From: Octopus sinensis
Lineage: Eukaryota
Length of the DNA stretch: 64,000 nt
Assembly: GCF_006345805.1 (NCBI RefSeq)
Contig: NW_021830031.1
Span: forward strand, 237,493-301,492
Direction: 5' to 3'
The stretch's first letter is position 1. Every line of letters starts with the position of its first letter. The notes beneath the pieces were generated by a model. It was not told the origin of the DNA. It made no database searches and worked only from the letters and a program-made list of their open reading frames with translations. Both the position numbers and the translations under genes were made by a program. This document shows, piece after piece, positions 49,475 to 63,085 of this stretch.

Positions 49475-51229
49475 GTAAGTTTTGCTTTGGCTTTTTTGTT
49501 TTTGCACCCGAAATTCCAGGTGCTGTCCCTCTCTTTCTTCTCTTTCTCTATCTATCCATCCATCCATCTATCCATCCTTCCTTCCTCATTTAATCTCCAT
49601 TGTCCATGCTGGCATGGGTTGGACAGTTTGACCAGAACTGGAGAGCTGCATGATTTGGCTTGGTTTCTATGGCTGGATGCCCTTCCTAGCACCAAGCTCT
49701 TTATAGAGTGTGCTGACCACTTTCACATGGCACCACATGTGTGCTTTTGTGTGGCACCATGCAGGTGTTTTCAATTGGCACTGTCATGTGTGCTTTTCAC
49801 CACCAGAGGGACTAGTCTTAACACTTCTGCTGTGGAGTATGGATCTTCTTGAGTACAGCAAGTTACCAGGCATCTTGATTCTTATATGTATACATATATG
49901 TGAAGGCACGTGGCTTAGTGGTTAGGGCATTCAGCTTATGGTCTTAAGGTCATGAGTTCAATTCCCAGCAACGCATGGTGTCCTTGAGCAAGACACTTTA
50001 TTTCACGTTGCTCCAGTCCACTCAGTTGGCAAAAATGAGTAGTACCTGTATTTCAAAGGGCCAGCCTTGTCACATTCTATGTTACACTGAATCTCCCTGA
50101 GAACTACATTGAGGGTACATGTGTCTGTAGAGTGCTCAGCTACTTGCACATTAATTTCACGAGCAAGCTGTTCCGTTGATTGGATCAGCTGGGACCCTCG
50201 TCGTCGTAAGTGACAGAGAGCTCCATACATATATACAAATATAGAAATAAATACATTGGGGTGCTATATAAAATATACATATATACCAAGAGTGTGCTGA
50301 AAAGTTCCTGGTTTTGGGGTAAAAGAAAATAGAGGAAGATCAGTTAATTATGATTTTATCCAATATATTCCCCTCTCAGATTCACACACTTATTGCAGCA
50401 GTCCTTCAGTTTTCTAAGCCCTATAAAAGAACTCAGAAGGTGGGGCTCCAACTAGGTCTTTTGTGATACCGTTAAAACCAGGAACTTTTCAGCACCCCTC
50501 ATACATGTAAATATATATAAAAATATAAAGAGAAAAAAAAACTGAAAATATCCGGAAGATGAACATTCATGTTTAAGCATTGAGGTATTTATAGAGTAGA
50601 TTTACATGGAGTACAAATAATAGAGAAAACTAAGGGGAGAAGGCATGATATTTCAGGTCCGACAGCTGTTTCTGGGAGTTTGGAATTATGTAATAGTTGT
50701 AATAATGGCAGATGGAGTGTGCAAAATCTCAAGAATATGTAACCAGTTGCAGATGCATATAAACGCTAGTGTAAATCTGGCTTCTGTTATCAGAGTGGAG
50801 AGGTTGGCATCTAACTTTTTCTGTTCATAATGCGGTGGAGGGATTTAAGGTTAAAATGAGCGAAGAAGGTAAATAGAAATTGGTTGGTGGAAGTAGGCAG
50901 TTCAAGGGAGCAAAGGCGTGCTGAAAGAAAGGAAGGGCAAGAAGAGAGATGAGAGGCAGAGCAGGGAGAGGATGGGGTTGAGTGACCAAGGGATTGAGAG
51001 ATGTAGTAATGGTGGTGGTGAGTAATGTGAAGGGTGGTGGTGGTGTTGGGTTTGACAAAATGTTATTAATCAGGGATGGTGGAGCCCATGGAACTGATTA
51101 GTGGTTATCATGAGAGAAGGGACCCAGTTATAGATGCCTGATTTGAATGACAATGACAGATATCAATATTTACTGTTATTTCAGCTGATTGGTGCCATAA
51201 ATGCCTATGTGTATGTAAGTATGCATGCA

Positions 51230-51261
<32 letters not shown>

Positions 51262-51911
51262 CACTCATACATACATACATACATACATATACACAGATAC
51301 ACACATATACATATACACAGATACACACACATACATATACATGCACATGCCTTGGCGTTAGGAAGGGCATCCAGCTGTAGAAACTCTGCCAGATCTGACT
51401 GGGCCTGATGAATAGCCTTCTGGCTTCACAGACCCCAGTTGAACCGTCCAACCCTGCTAGCATGGAAAGCGGATGCTAAACGATGATGATGATGATGATG
51501 ATGATGATGATACATATGCACACATACATATACGTACATATGCACACATCATCATCGTCATCGTTTAACGTCCGCTGATGATGATGATGTGTGTATATAT
51601 ATGTATATGTATGTGTGCATATCTATGTATATGTGTGTATGTTATGTATGTGTGCATATGTATGTGTGTGTATATCTGTGTATATGTGTGTATGTATATG
51701 TATACACACATACATATACACAGATACACACATACACAAATACACACACATATACATATGCACACATACATAACATACACACATACACATGTACATATAC
51801 ATAGATATGCACACATACATACATATACACACACACATACATGCATAGATATGCATACATACATATATACACACTCATGTATGTATTTATACATACATGT
51901 CAAGTTCATTT

Positions 51912-51975
<64 letters not shown>

Positions 51976-53287
51976 ATGACTCATACATTCACATCTAAAT
52001 ACAAAAGAAATGTTTTTTATTTTTTTCTGTTTATGTTGTTTTTGTTAGGTTTTTTGATTCCAAGCTTTTATTACTACTTATATATTGTGTATATTGTCAC
52101 ACAGACCTCTTCCCTCTCCACACACACACACACAGAGAATGGCTTTACTGTGCCAAGACACACCATTTAGGAATGAAGGTTCTTAATAGTTTGTAGTGAG
52201 TCAGTCTTATCACATCTTCTGCCAAAATGGATCCTACACCTCCACCTCCGTCCCCTTACTGCATTTCAAAGAAAAGTGGCTGACTGTATGCTTTTGCCTC
52301 TTCATGACTGGCAGAAACGAGGCCTCTGCGTGACCACTGGACATGCTAGAAATATCAGCTACCTCAGATCTACCTCAAACCACACTCCAGGTATTTGAAG
52401 TTGATTTGGCTGATATTTCTAGCATGAGATAGTGTAATTCTAGTTAGCCTCCTCCTCCTCCTCCTCCTCCTCCACACTCCCTTACATTCTGAGATTGGAA
52501 AAGCCCCTGTTCAGCATGGGTCTATGAAATCAACTATCCTCTACCTCCCAAATTTAAGGCCTTGTTTCTGTCAATAATAATAATATTTATAGTAGTAAAT
52601 GATAATATTTATAGTCGTAGGAATGGCTGTGTGGTAAGTAGCTAGCTTACCAACCACATGTTTCTGGGTTCAGTCCTTGGGCAAGTGTCTTCTACTATAG
52701 CCTTGGGCCGACTAAAGCCTTGTAAGTGGATTTAGTAGATGGAAACTGAAAGAAGCCCATCATATATATGTGTGTGTATATATATATGTACGTGTGTGTG
52801 TATATGTTTGTGTGTCTGTGTTTGCCCCCCCCTCCAACATCGCTTGACAACCGATGTTGGTGTGTTTACGTCCCCGTAACTTAGCAGTTCAGCGAAAGAG
52901 ACTGATAGAATAAGTACTAGGCTTACAAAGAATAAGTCCTGGAGTTGATTTGCTTGACTAAAGGCGGTGCTTCAGCATGGCCACAGTCAAATGACTGAAA
53001 CAAGTAAAAGTGTAAAATAGTAAAAGAATAATAATAATAAGCGATGTTGGGGGGGGGGGGCGGACAAACACAGACACAGAAACATATACACACACACATA
53101 CATATATATTTATACATATATACGACAAGCTTCTTTCAGTTTCCGTCTTACAAGTCCACTCACAAGGCTTTGGTAGGCCCGAGGCTATGGTAGAAAACAC
53201 TTGCTCCCAAAGTGCCATGAAGTGGGACTGAACCCGAAACCATGTGGTTCGTAAGCAAGCTACTTACCACGCAGCCACTCCTACACC

Positions 53288-53323
<36 letters not shown>

Positions 53324-53861
53324 CTCCTTCTCCTCTTCTCCCAACTACCAACGTACCATCTGTAACCTTTTATTTGTGATTAAATTCTGCCAAAGTTTGC
53401 TGAATGGAATTTAAATAATTCTTCATGTCAATATTTCTGTGTGTGTATGTGTATGTGTGTGTGTTTGAGTATGTTTGTGTGTGAGAGACTGCTGTTGTTG
53501 TTATTGTTATTTTCATTGTTTTTCTTTTACTTTTTTGTTGTTGTTGTTGTATTTTTCTGTTATTATGTCAAGCAAGTCTTGTGGTTTAGTTTCGTCTCAT
53601 GAATGACAGGTTGTGTGTGTGTGTGTATGTGAGAGATTGATTATATGTATGCAACCCTGTGTGTGTGTGTGTGTGATGTGTGATTGTGTATGTGATTGCA
53701 AGTGCATTTTGGCATATGACTGTATGTGTGTCTGTGTGTGCAAAAATGAATACGTGTGTTTGTGTGTGTGCACGTATTTGTGGTGTGTGTGCATATATGT
53801 GCCTATGACTGTGCTGGTGACTGCATGTGTGTGTATATGTGTATGTAGCTGTATTGGTGAC

Positions 53862-53899
<38 letters not shown>

Positions 53900-54020
53900 G
53901 TCTATGTGTGTGTGAGAGAGAAAGAGAGAGACCCTGTGTGTGCATGCATATATGTATATATACAACTGTATTGGTGACCAAGTGTGAATATATATGTATG
54001 TATGTGTGTATATATGTGTA

Positions 54021-54069
<49 letters not shown>

Positions 54070-54725
54070 GTGTGTGTGTATGTACACATATGTATATATA
54101 TACATGTGTGTGTGTGAGACAGTGTATATATGTGTTAATGTGTATGTAATAGATTATTTTGTAGTTTTTACAGTGTCTTCAGTTATTCTAAAGAATGTGT
54201 GTTTAGGCTCATCTGTGTGTGGTGTGTGTGTGGCCCGAGGGCAGCACATGTCCAACAGACCCATGGCGCCAAGGTAGTCTGCCAAAAGATTAAACTCTGA
54301 GATTTCTATGTATGCATGTGTGTAGGGTTCATGTGAGTGGCCTGTGTGGGACGATGTTTGTGTGTATGTGTATGTGTGTGATGTTTGGATGTGTGTGTGT
54401 GTATGTGGTATTTGTATGTATGTGTGTGTGTGTGTGTGTGTATTTGTGTGTGATGTTTGTGTATGTTTATGATATGTGTGTTTGTGCGAGTGTGTGGTAT
54501 TTGTGTGTGTGTATATGTGTATCATCTATGTGTGTGTGTATATATATATATATATATAATGTGTGTGTGTGTATGTGTGTGATATGCATGTTATGTGATA
54601 TCTATGTGCAATATGCATGTGTATGTATATATTTAAGTATTACTGATGTATTTGTGTGTGTGTATGTGTGTCTGTTTGATATGTACAACTACCTGTGTGT
54701 ATGTTGTATATTATAAAATGTATCT

Positions 54726-54764
<39 letters not shown>

Positions 54765-54911
54765 GCTGTGTGGTAAGAAGCTAGCTTCCCAACCACATGG
54801 ATCAGGGTTCAGTCCCATTGTGCGGCACCTTGGGCACCTTCTATCATAGCCTCAGGCCAACTAAGGCCTTGTGAGTGGATTTTGTGGACAGAAACTGAAA
54901 TAAGCTCATTG

Positions 54912-54969
<58 letters not shown>

Positions 54970-56033
54970 TGTGTGTTTGTCACCCCCCCCCTCACCATCA
55001 CTTGAAAAGTGCTTTTTAAATCTCGGGGTCAATTTGTTCAACTAAAACTCCTTCAAGGTGGTGCTCCCTCATGGCATCCGCCAAAGGATTGAAAACAAGT
55101 AAAAGAATAAAAGAATATATGTATGTTGTTTTTATGTTTGTTTATATGTGTATGTGTGTATGTATGTATATGTGGATTTCTTTGTGTATGTATGTATGAA
55201 TATTATTGTTTATGTGTGTGTGCGTGTATCATTGTTTGTATACGTATGTTTTCTTGTGTGTGTGTGATATTGTTTGTATGTATGTATATATACATATATC
55301 TTGTTTGCATGTATGTGTGTATGTGATTATATTCACAATGTGGTGTTGCTCCCAATAGCTTTATGGCTAATTCCTCTCTTCTCCTGCCTTGCATTTAAAA
55401 GGATACGTATGACAGCCAAGACATTCTAATCTCAACCTATTTAGGCCTCATTAACCTTCAGAGCATCTTTGAGTGCTTGTCTTTCTGACTGTCTTTTTTT
55501 TTTGTCATTTGTCTGAGCCCCACATAAAAAGATGCACGCACCCCCAGCTCTGAAATCAACTCAACTGCTCTCACAAAGGAGAATACTAAAAATGAACCCG
55601 ACCGGTCTCAAAATTCAAGTAAAAAAACACAGGAAAAATAATCCAGAATCCTTGACCGGTACCGGATCAATCCCCAAATCTAATCAGTTTTAATGTGGTT
55701 ACCCAGCCAGAGAGAGAGAGAGAGAGAGAGATAGAGAGAGGGAGGGAGGGAGAAAGGTTGTGTGTGTTTGTCCTACAGTTGACAACTAATGTTGGTTTGT
55801 TTCATGTTCCTCTACATTAGCAGTTTACCAAAAGGGACAGATTGAATAAGCACCAGGCTCCAGAAAAATAAGTCTATGGTTGATTTGTTCAACTAGACCC
55901 TTCGTGGCTGTGCCCCAGCATGGCCACAGCCCAATGGCTGAAGCAAGTAAAAAATGAATTTAAAAAATAGAAAAAAAAAGGATAAACATATTTTATACCA
56001 CAAAACAAATCTCCCTGTTTTATCGTTTTCCAG

Positions 56034-56180
56034 GACCTTTATATGGCTGTTGGTATATCCGGTGCAATCCAGCATTTAGCTGGCATGAAAGACAGTAAGA
56101 TTATTGTTGCTATCAATAAGGATCCAGACGCTCCTATCTTTCAAGTTGCGGATTATGGATTAGTGATGGACTTATTCAAG
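56034..56180 (+). CDS. ETFA: ETFA exon 9
   Basis: ttccag|[49 protein letters not shown]|gtatgt; 147 nt. Confidence 0.98.
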
Positions 56181-56728
56181 GTATGTAACACTGTTAATTC
56201 ATTACAACACACTGTGCTATTTTTGGATAGTGACTGGATTTAGGAGCTGGAAGCTGAAAGAACCTGTTGAATGTGTGTGTGCACATATATATATATATGT
56301 ATATAGGGAGGAATTACAACCGTGTTTCATGGTCTGCTACCACAACAGCTCCTTTATAGGATCCAGTTAGCTCAAGACATCATCAAGAGGAACCACGTCC
56401 GGTTTCGGCCCCTACTCCTCTACTGTTTTGACGTGGCGGAGCCCCACCTTTCGGAAGTGTCTTCAGCTCTGGTGTTGGGTGCATGTCTTCTTTCTTCTAT
56501 TCCCTGGCCTCTTCGGTGTATATATATATACGATGGGCTTCTTTCAGTTTCTGTCTTCCAAATCCACTCACAAGGCTTTGGTCGGCCCGAGGCTGTAGTA
56601 GAAAACACTTGCCAAGGTGTCTTGAAGTGGGACTGAACCCAGAACAATGTGGTTGGTAAGCAAGCTACTTACCTCACAGCCACTCCTGCACCTGTTCACT
56701 AACTCTGTCTATTCTCTATTATTTCCAG

Positions 56729-56767
56729 GCTGTTCCTGAGATGACAAACCTTATCAAGAGTTCCTGA
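56729..56767 (+). CDS. ETFA: ETFA exon 10 (last coding exon)
   Basis: ttccag|AVPEMTNLIKSS*; all exon phases join into a 1017-nt frame. Confidence 0.93.
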   Translation, partial: AVPEMTNLIKSS

Positions 56768-57106
56768 TGTTCTCACGCTGTGTGACCTAGTGATCAGGTG
56801 ATGGTGTAACACAGAACATTGGCTGGTTTGGTCTGACCAGATGTAACGTGGAGACACTTGATTATAGTAATCACACACACACACACACACACACATTTAT
56901 AAAATAAATTCACACACACACATAGGCATACATTAATCTCAAAGGACACACATACATTTACTTACACTGTTTAATACAAACACACACAGACACACACGTA
57001 TATACAGTCTGGTATACACACATACTCTCTAGCATATGCTTCTGAGACTGCTACACACATACAAAACAGTGTCATACACATGCATACTACATGCACACAA
57101 ATGTAT

Positions 57107-57139
<33 letters not shown>

Positions 57140-57192
57140 CATACTGACTTAAATATACACATATACAGTTATGTAAATGTTCTTTACTGATG

Positions 57193-57270
57193 AATAAACA
57201 AAGTTGTGATAATTTTATTTACATTTTGTAGTTTGTCTTTATTGTTTTCATGTTGTTTTGCAGTTGTTTT
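57193..57270 (+). terminator. Candidate ETFA polyadenylation signal
   Basis: AATAAA at 57193-57198 followed by a T/GT-rich downstream element; an alternative AATAAA lies near 56903. Confidence 0.55.
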
Positions 57271-57455
57271 TCTTAAATTATGAATGAAGCTAACAAGTGT
57301 TCTTGTGCTCAGTTAATGTGTGTACATGTGTATATATGTATGTGTATGTATATATATATATATATATCTGTACCCATATATGCATGTATATATACATATA
57401 GATGTAGGTATGTACATATATGTATGTATATATGCATATGTTTATATATTATTTA

Positions 57456-57502
<47 letters not shown>

Positions 57503-60500
57503 AAATATATATATATATATAATATATATAGGCAGAATGAGGTACTTTTATCTGTTGACTGAAACAGCTGTAAGTTATTTATCAATTTATATTTGTTTTT
57601 TATAATAATTACTGGTATCCTTATATATCACTATATTTTATATCTTATATGCAAAGAATAATATGCTATATGTATGTATGTTATTATAATTATCAGTTTA
57701 ATAAATAAATAAGTTAGCATTTTAATGTCCAAAAGTTGATGAACCACCTATTGTTCTCTATTTTCTTATTTGTGATATATATACATACATGTGATGTATA
57801 TGTTAATGCATGTGTGTATATGTCTGTAATAGTGTGTGGACTGTACAATCAGGGCTGACCTGGGTTTAAAAACATCAATAGCAAGAGCAACAACAATTCC
57901 TTGCTAGCTCAGGAGCTGCTTTAACAACAACTACAACTATAACTCATAGCTCCTTGGTAAGTAATTCACACCCATACATTGAAACTGATGTATCAATCAA
58001 TCAATCATCAATCAAATTTCCAACTGGTTTTATATTTCTAACTTTCCAAGACAGTTCAATGTTGTTTAATGTTTCAAAATTGTCATCCTTAATTAGTTTG
58101 TTAATTTCTTACGAATACAAAAACCAGTTTTTAATTTTTAACTTCATTTACAGCCAGGAACTAACGATTCTTATTTATCTTAATTATCTTCTGTTTCTTC
58201 TACTAGTTTCAGTCATTAGACTGCGGCCATGCTGGGGGCACCGCCTTGAAGGGTTTTCGTCAAATGAATCGATTCCAGCCTGATATTTATTCTATTGGGC
58301 CCTTTTTGTTGAACAGCTAAGTTACGGGCGCATAAACAAACCAACACCAGTTGTCAAGCTGTGTGGTGGAAAACAGACACAGACAAACACAAATATATAC
58401 ACACATAAACGTGCTTACACACATATACACACACAAAGTTAGCTATTGTTGCATGAAAAATATGAACACGATCGTAGGTAGTAGAATTACCAAATCACTT
58501 AAGAAACCCAAGAACCAGGAAACCAAATCTGTAGGGGTTTATTGCAAAACCTCGTCAATCTAGGAGTCGGTGGGCAATAAATGCAATTATTAAAATAGTC
58601 CATTTCCTTCGGCAATTTGTGGAATGCCCTAATCTCCCAATATACCGAACTACTTACTGTCTCAGTTTCGGAGACATATTAACCACTTCACAAATCGTAT
58701 ATCGGAATGTGCAAAGGGCAACTTTAAGACCCGATTCTGAGCTACATGTCCACCTCCAAACATGTAAACCAAATAAAGAACACAGCGTTGTCAATCTAAA
58801 TGTGGTACTTGAAAGATCAGCATTAATATCGTTTGGTCTATATTGCTCTTCAGTAAAACGAACAACACGTGTGAATGTTACTACGGACTACAGAACAACG
58901 AGAGACACTATTCTTGTTGAAACAGACACCATAAATGCGGCAAAGTCAATTTCTAGATACCAAAATGGAAATAAATTCTACATTACTAACATCAACATAG
59001 CTCCCAACCGGAAGTCTGTTGACTACTACTCCGTATTCAAGATGATCGGAAGTTTAAAAATAAACGACAGCGTTAATAAAAACTTCTGCAAAACGTATTC
59101 CCTCCGCCAGCCAGATCCAGCCAAGATTTAGCCATCGAGAGGGACGTGGAAGTTTTGAATTCCCCGTCTGTATCGATCAAGAATGCTGAAAACTGGAGCT
59201 ATAAGTTCGATATATAAGATATTTAAAAAAATCTTTGATCGTAAAATTACCATGCACGTAAAAAGATGATGCTTGCAAACCCGTGGTCCCATGATTGTGA
59301 AGCAAACTTTTTAACCATTTGGTCATACAACCGTTTTTTTTATCTTTCTTCTTTCAATCATTAGACTGCGGCCATGCTGGGACACTGCCTTAGTCGAACG
59401 GATCGGCCCTAGTAATTATTTTTTTAAAAGCGCGGTACTTATTCTATCCGTCTTTCTTTTGCTGAACCCAATAAGTTATGAGAACGTAAAAAATCAACAC
59501 GGGTTAAGCGGTGGTCTCTCTCTCTCTCTCTCTGTCACACACACACACACACACAACACACACTGGCACTCCATCAATTACGGTGACGAAGGTTCCAGTC
59601 GATCCAATTAACGGGTCAGACTTCTCGTGAAATTAACGTGCAAAGTGGGTTGTGCGCGTGGACCCTTAACGTAGTTTTCAGGGATATTCAGCGTGACACA
59701 GAATGTGACGAGGCTGGCCCTTTCGAATTACAGGTACAACTCAAATTTGCAAGCCGAGTGGACTGGAACAGCGTGAAATAAAGGTTATTGCTCAAGGACA
59801 TAACCTGCTGCCGGGAATCGAACTCACCCCCTTACGATCGTTAGCCGAATACCCTAACCACAAAGCCACGTGCTTTCATGCACATATGAAAGACTTCTTA
59901 CAGGTTCCGTCTACGAAATTCACTCACAAGGCTTTAGTCGGTTTAGGGCTATAGAAGACATTTGCCCAAGGTGACACGCAGCGGGACCGAACCCGGAACC
60001 ACGTGATTTAGGAAGCAAGCTTCTAACCACACAGCCACACCTGCGCCTAAAGTGTTATATAATAATTTAGATACGTTTCTATAAATTTCCATAATTCCTG
60101 AACGTAGTTGATAAAATCAATACCATACTAAAATCAGTATGCTAAAAGCGAACAAGACATATTTAATTCAATCAAAAGAATTTGATGTTGGCCAATCAGT
60201 TTTATTATAATCGTTTAAAATTCTATGTTACATGGTAATTCTTGAAGACGGCGAACACTCCGAACGCACGGTCGATTTGCAAGCTGTCCCGAGGACAACT
60301 GTACTAACATAACGAATACATTTACTTCTTTCATGTGATTTGATCACATGGTCTCATGACAATTGATAGAATTAAGAAAGAGCTTTGGAATCGGAGTCAA
60401 ATCTAGCTGGAATTTGATTTTATGATAATAATAATAATAATAATAATAATTTTAAAATAAATAAAATAAATAAATGCTGTTTTTGAAAGTCTGCTTTTGG

Positions 60501-62245
60501 AATTGTTCTTTGAGCTCCGAGTCTCATATGACCGGTTTCACGGTTTCCATGACGTATAAACGACCGAAATAACAAAAGCCCTCGATAAACGGGACGCCGG
60601 CCTGTTGCGGGCTTCGAGGCCAGCGATTTTGAAGGGACGGGAGAGGAGAGGAGAAGTCGATAACATGGATCCTTGTACAGTTCTTGGCAGGTACTTCATT
60701 ATATTGACACCGGAGGGATGAAAAGTACAGTCTACTTGGGCGGGATTTGAACTCAGAACGCAAAAAACCGGAAGAAATGTCACTAAACAATGATCCTGGC
60801 AGCTCGCTGCCTAAATATTACTACTACTACTACTCTTCTATGTTATAGGCACAAGCCTGAAATTTTGGGGGAGGTGGTTAGTCGATTACGTCGACCCCTG
60901 ATACTTAATTCATGGACCCGGAAACGATGGAAGGCAAAGTCAACCTCGGCGGAATTTGAACTCAAAACGTAGCGAAGCATTTTGCCCGGCGTTCTAACGA
61001 TTCTGCCAGCCCACCGCCTTCTTCTTAATAATAATAATAATGATAATAATAATAATATAATAATAATAATCTTTCCTACTCTAGGCACAAGGCCCGAAAT
61101 TTTTGGGGAGGGGGCCAGTCGATTAGATCGACCCCAGTACGCAAATGGTACTTAATTTATCGACTCCGAAAGAATGAAAGGCAAAGTTGACCTCAGTGGA
61201 ATTTGAACTCGGAACGTAAAGACGGGTGAAACACCTATTTCTTTACTACCCACAAGGGGCTAAACGCAGAAGGAACAAACAAGGACAGACAAACAGATTA
61301 AGTCGATTATATCGACCCCAGTGCGTAACTGGTACTTATTTAATCGACCCCGAAAGGATGAAAGGCAAAGTCGACCTCGGCAGAATTTGAACTCAGAACG
61401 TAGCGGCAGATGAAATACCTATTTCTTTACTACCCACAAGGGGCTAAACACAGAGATGACAAACAAGGACAGACAAACGGATTAAGTCGATTATATCGAC
61501 CCCAGTACGCAAATGGTACTTAATTTATCGACCCCGAAAGGATGAAAGGCAAAGTCGACCTCGGCGGAATTTGAACTCAGAACGTAACGGCATACGAAAT
61601 ACCGCTTAGCATTTCGCCCGGCGTGCCAACGTTTCGGCCGGCTCGCCGCCTTACCACCACCACCACTACTACTACTACTACTATTCAAATGTTGGCACAA
61701 GGCCAGTAAATCTGGAGGGAGCGAGTAAGTCGATCACATCGACTCTAGTGTTTAACTGGTGTCTATTTTATCGATCTGAAAAAAAAAAAAATGAAAGGCA
61801 AAGACGACTTCGGCGAATTTGAACTCAGAACCTGAAAAAAAAAAAAAAAAATAAATCGAAAAAAAGCGGACGAAATGACAATAATCATTTTCTTGAACGT
61901 GTTAACAATTCTGCCAGCTCATCGTCGTTATAATTAAATAGCGAGACCAGAATAACCGACGTACTATCAAGGGAGACAAATGCAACATCAATCTCTCTTA
62001 CAATTTGCACTTGCAGTTCATTTTCAGCGAATAATGAATAATGATTGGTTATGATTCGAGATCGCAGACGTTCAGCTGACAGCGTTTTATATACAGAAAG
62101 ATTGCTTCCAATTGGACATGATTTAAAGCGACTAAATGCATAGATACGGACGTTTATATGTTGCTATGTATATGTATGAATCCGTAGATATGTTCGTATG
62201 TACACACATACGCAAACACACGTGCGCGCGCGCGTGCATGTGTGT

Positions 62246-62279
<34 letters not shown>

Positions 62280-62361
62280 TGACATCCATTTCTGAAGCAT
62301 ATATGCGTGTGCACATACAATGTATAATGCGTACATACACACGTGCACATGCGTATATGTA

Positions 62362-62400
<39 letters not shown>

Positions 62401-62446
62401 TAAATAAATGAAAAGAATGGAGTCGAAACGAAGATGTTACAAAATT

Positions 62447-62538
62447 CCTTTCTCTCGACATATGTTTCGAAGACAACATGGTTTCATTCCAAAGGAATAA
62501 AGGGTGCATTATGCAATCTTCTCATCAGGAAAGAAAGG
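62447..62538 (-). ncRNA. Type I hammerhead ribozyme motif (left arm)
   Basis: CCUUUCUUUC-CUGAUGA-GAAGA..UCUUC-GAA-ACAUAUGU-C/GAGAGAAAGG: intact core, 10-bp stem I, stem II, palindromic stem III, GUC cleavage triplet. Confidence 0.75.
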
Positions 62539-62742
62539 GAGCCTCTCTCGACAACAAGACAAACAAAAATTTCGATGACTGCCTACATGGTAAACAAAAC
62601 GATAATGAGGTGTTTTTTAAAAAACCGTTAGAAAAATTGACGTCAATTCTTCTAACGGTTTTTAAAAAAACACTCATTATCGTTTTGTTTACCATGTAGG
62701 CAGTCATCGAAATTTTGTTTGTCTTGTTGTCGAGAGAGGATC

Positions 62743-62836
62743 CCTTTCTTTCCTGATGAGAAGATTGCATAATGCACCCTTTATTCCTTTGGAATGAAAC
62801 CATGTTGTCTTCGAAAACATATGTCGAGAGTAAAGG
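62743..62836 (+). ncRNA. Type I hammerhead ribozyme motif (right arm, two 1-nt insertions)
   Basis: CCTTTCTTTC-CTGATGA-GAAGA..TCTTC-GAAAACATATGTC-GAGAGTAAAGG. Confidence 0.65.
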
Positions 62837-63036
62837 AATTTTGTTAACATCTTCGGTCGACTCCATTCTTTCATTTATTCATATACAACGCACAAATTTC
62901 TGCGCATGAACCCGGAGTTTCTACTCTTGGACAAGTCGCTTCAACCGTGTTTCTGACGTGAATTTGCTACCCAGGTTTCGGTTAAACGAATTTTCCATGC
63001 TGACGATAAACATAGGATAATTCATTTACCTATTTA

Positions 63037-63085
<49 letters not shown>

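Larger units (their letters stand above)
62403..62879. repeat. ~475-bp spacer-less palindrome
   Basis: Arms of ~238 bp are reverse complements around AATTGAC|GTCAATT (centre 62641/62642). Confidence 0.95.

Noticed and set aside
49160-49852. 230-aa ORF as a standalone gene
   Set aside because: Only 49323-49474 is ETFA exon 8; the rest is intronic read-through.
58619-59131. 170-aa ORF downstream of ETFA
   Set aside because: GTG start and no recognisable motif; possibly a decayed LINE remnant, but unsupported without a search.
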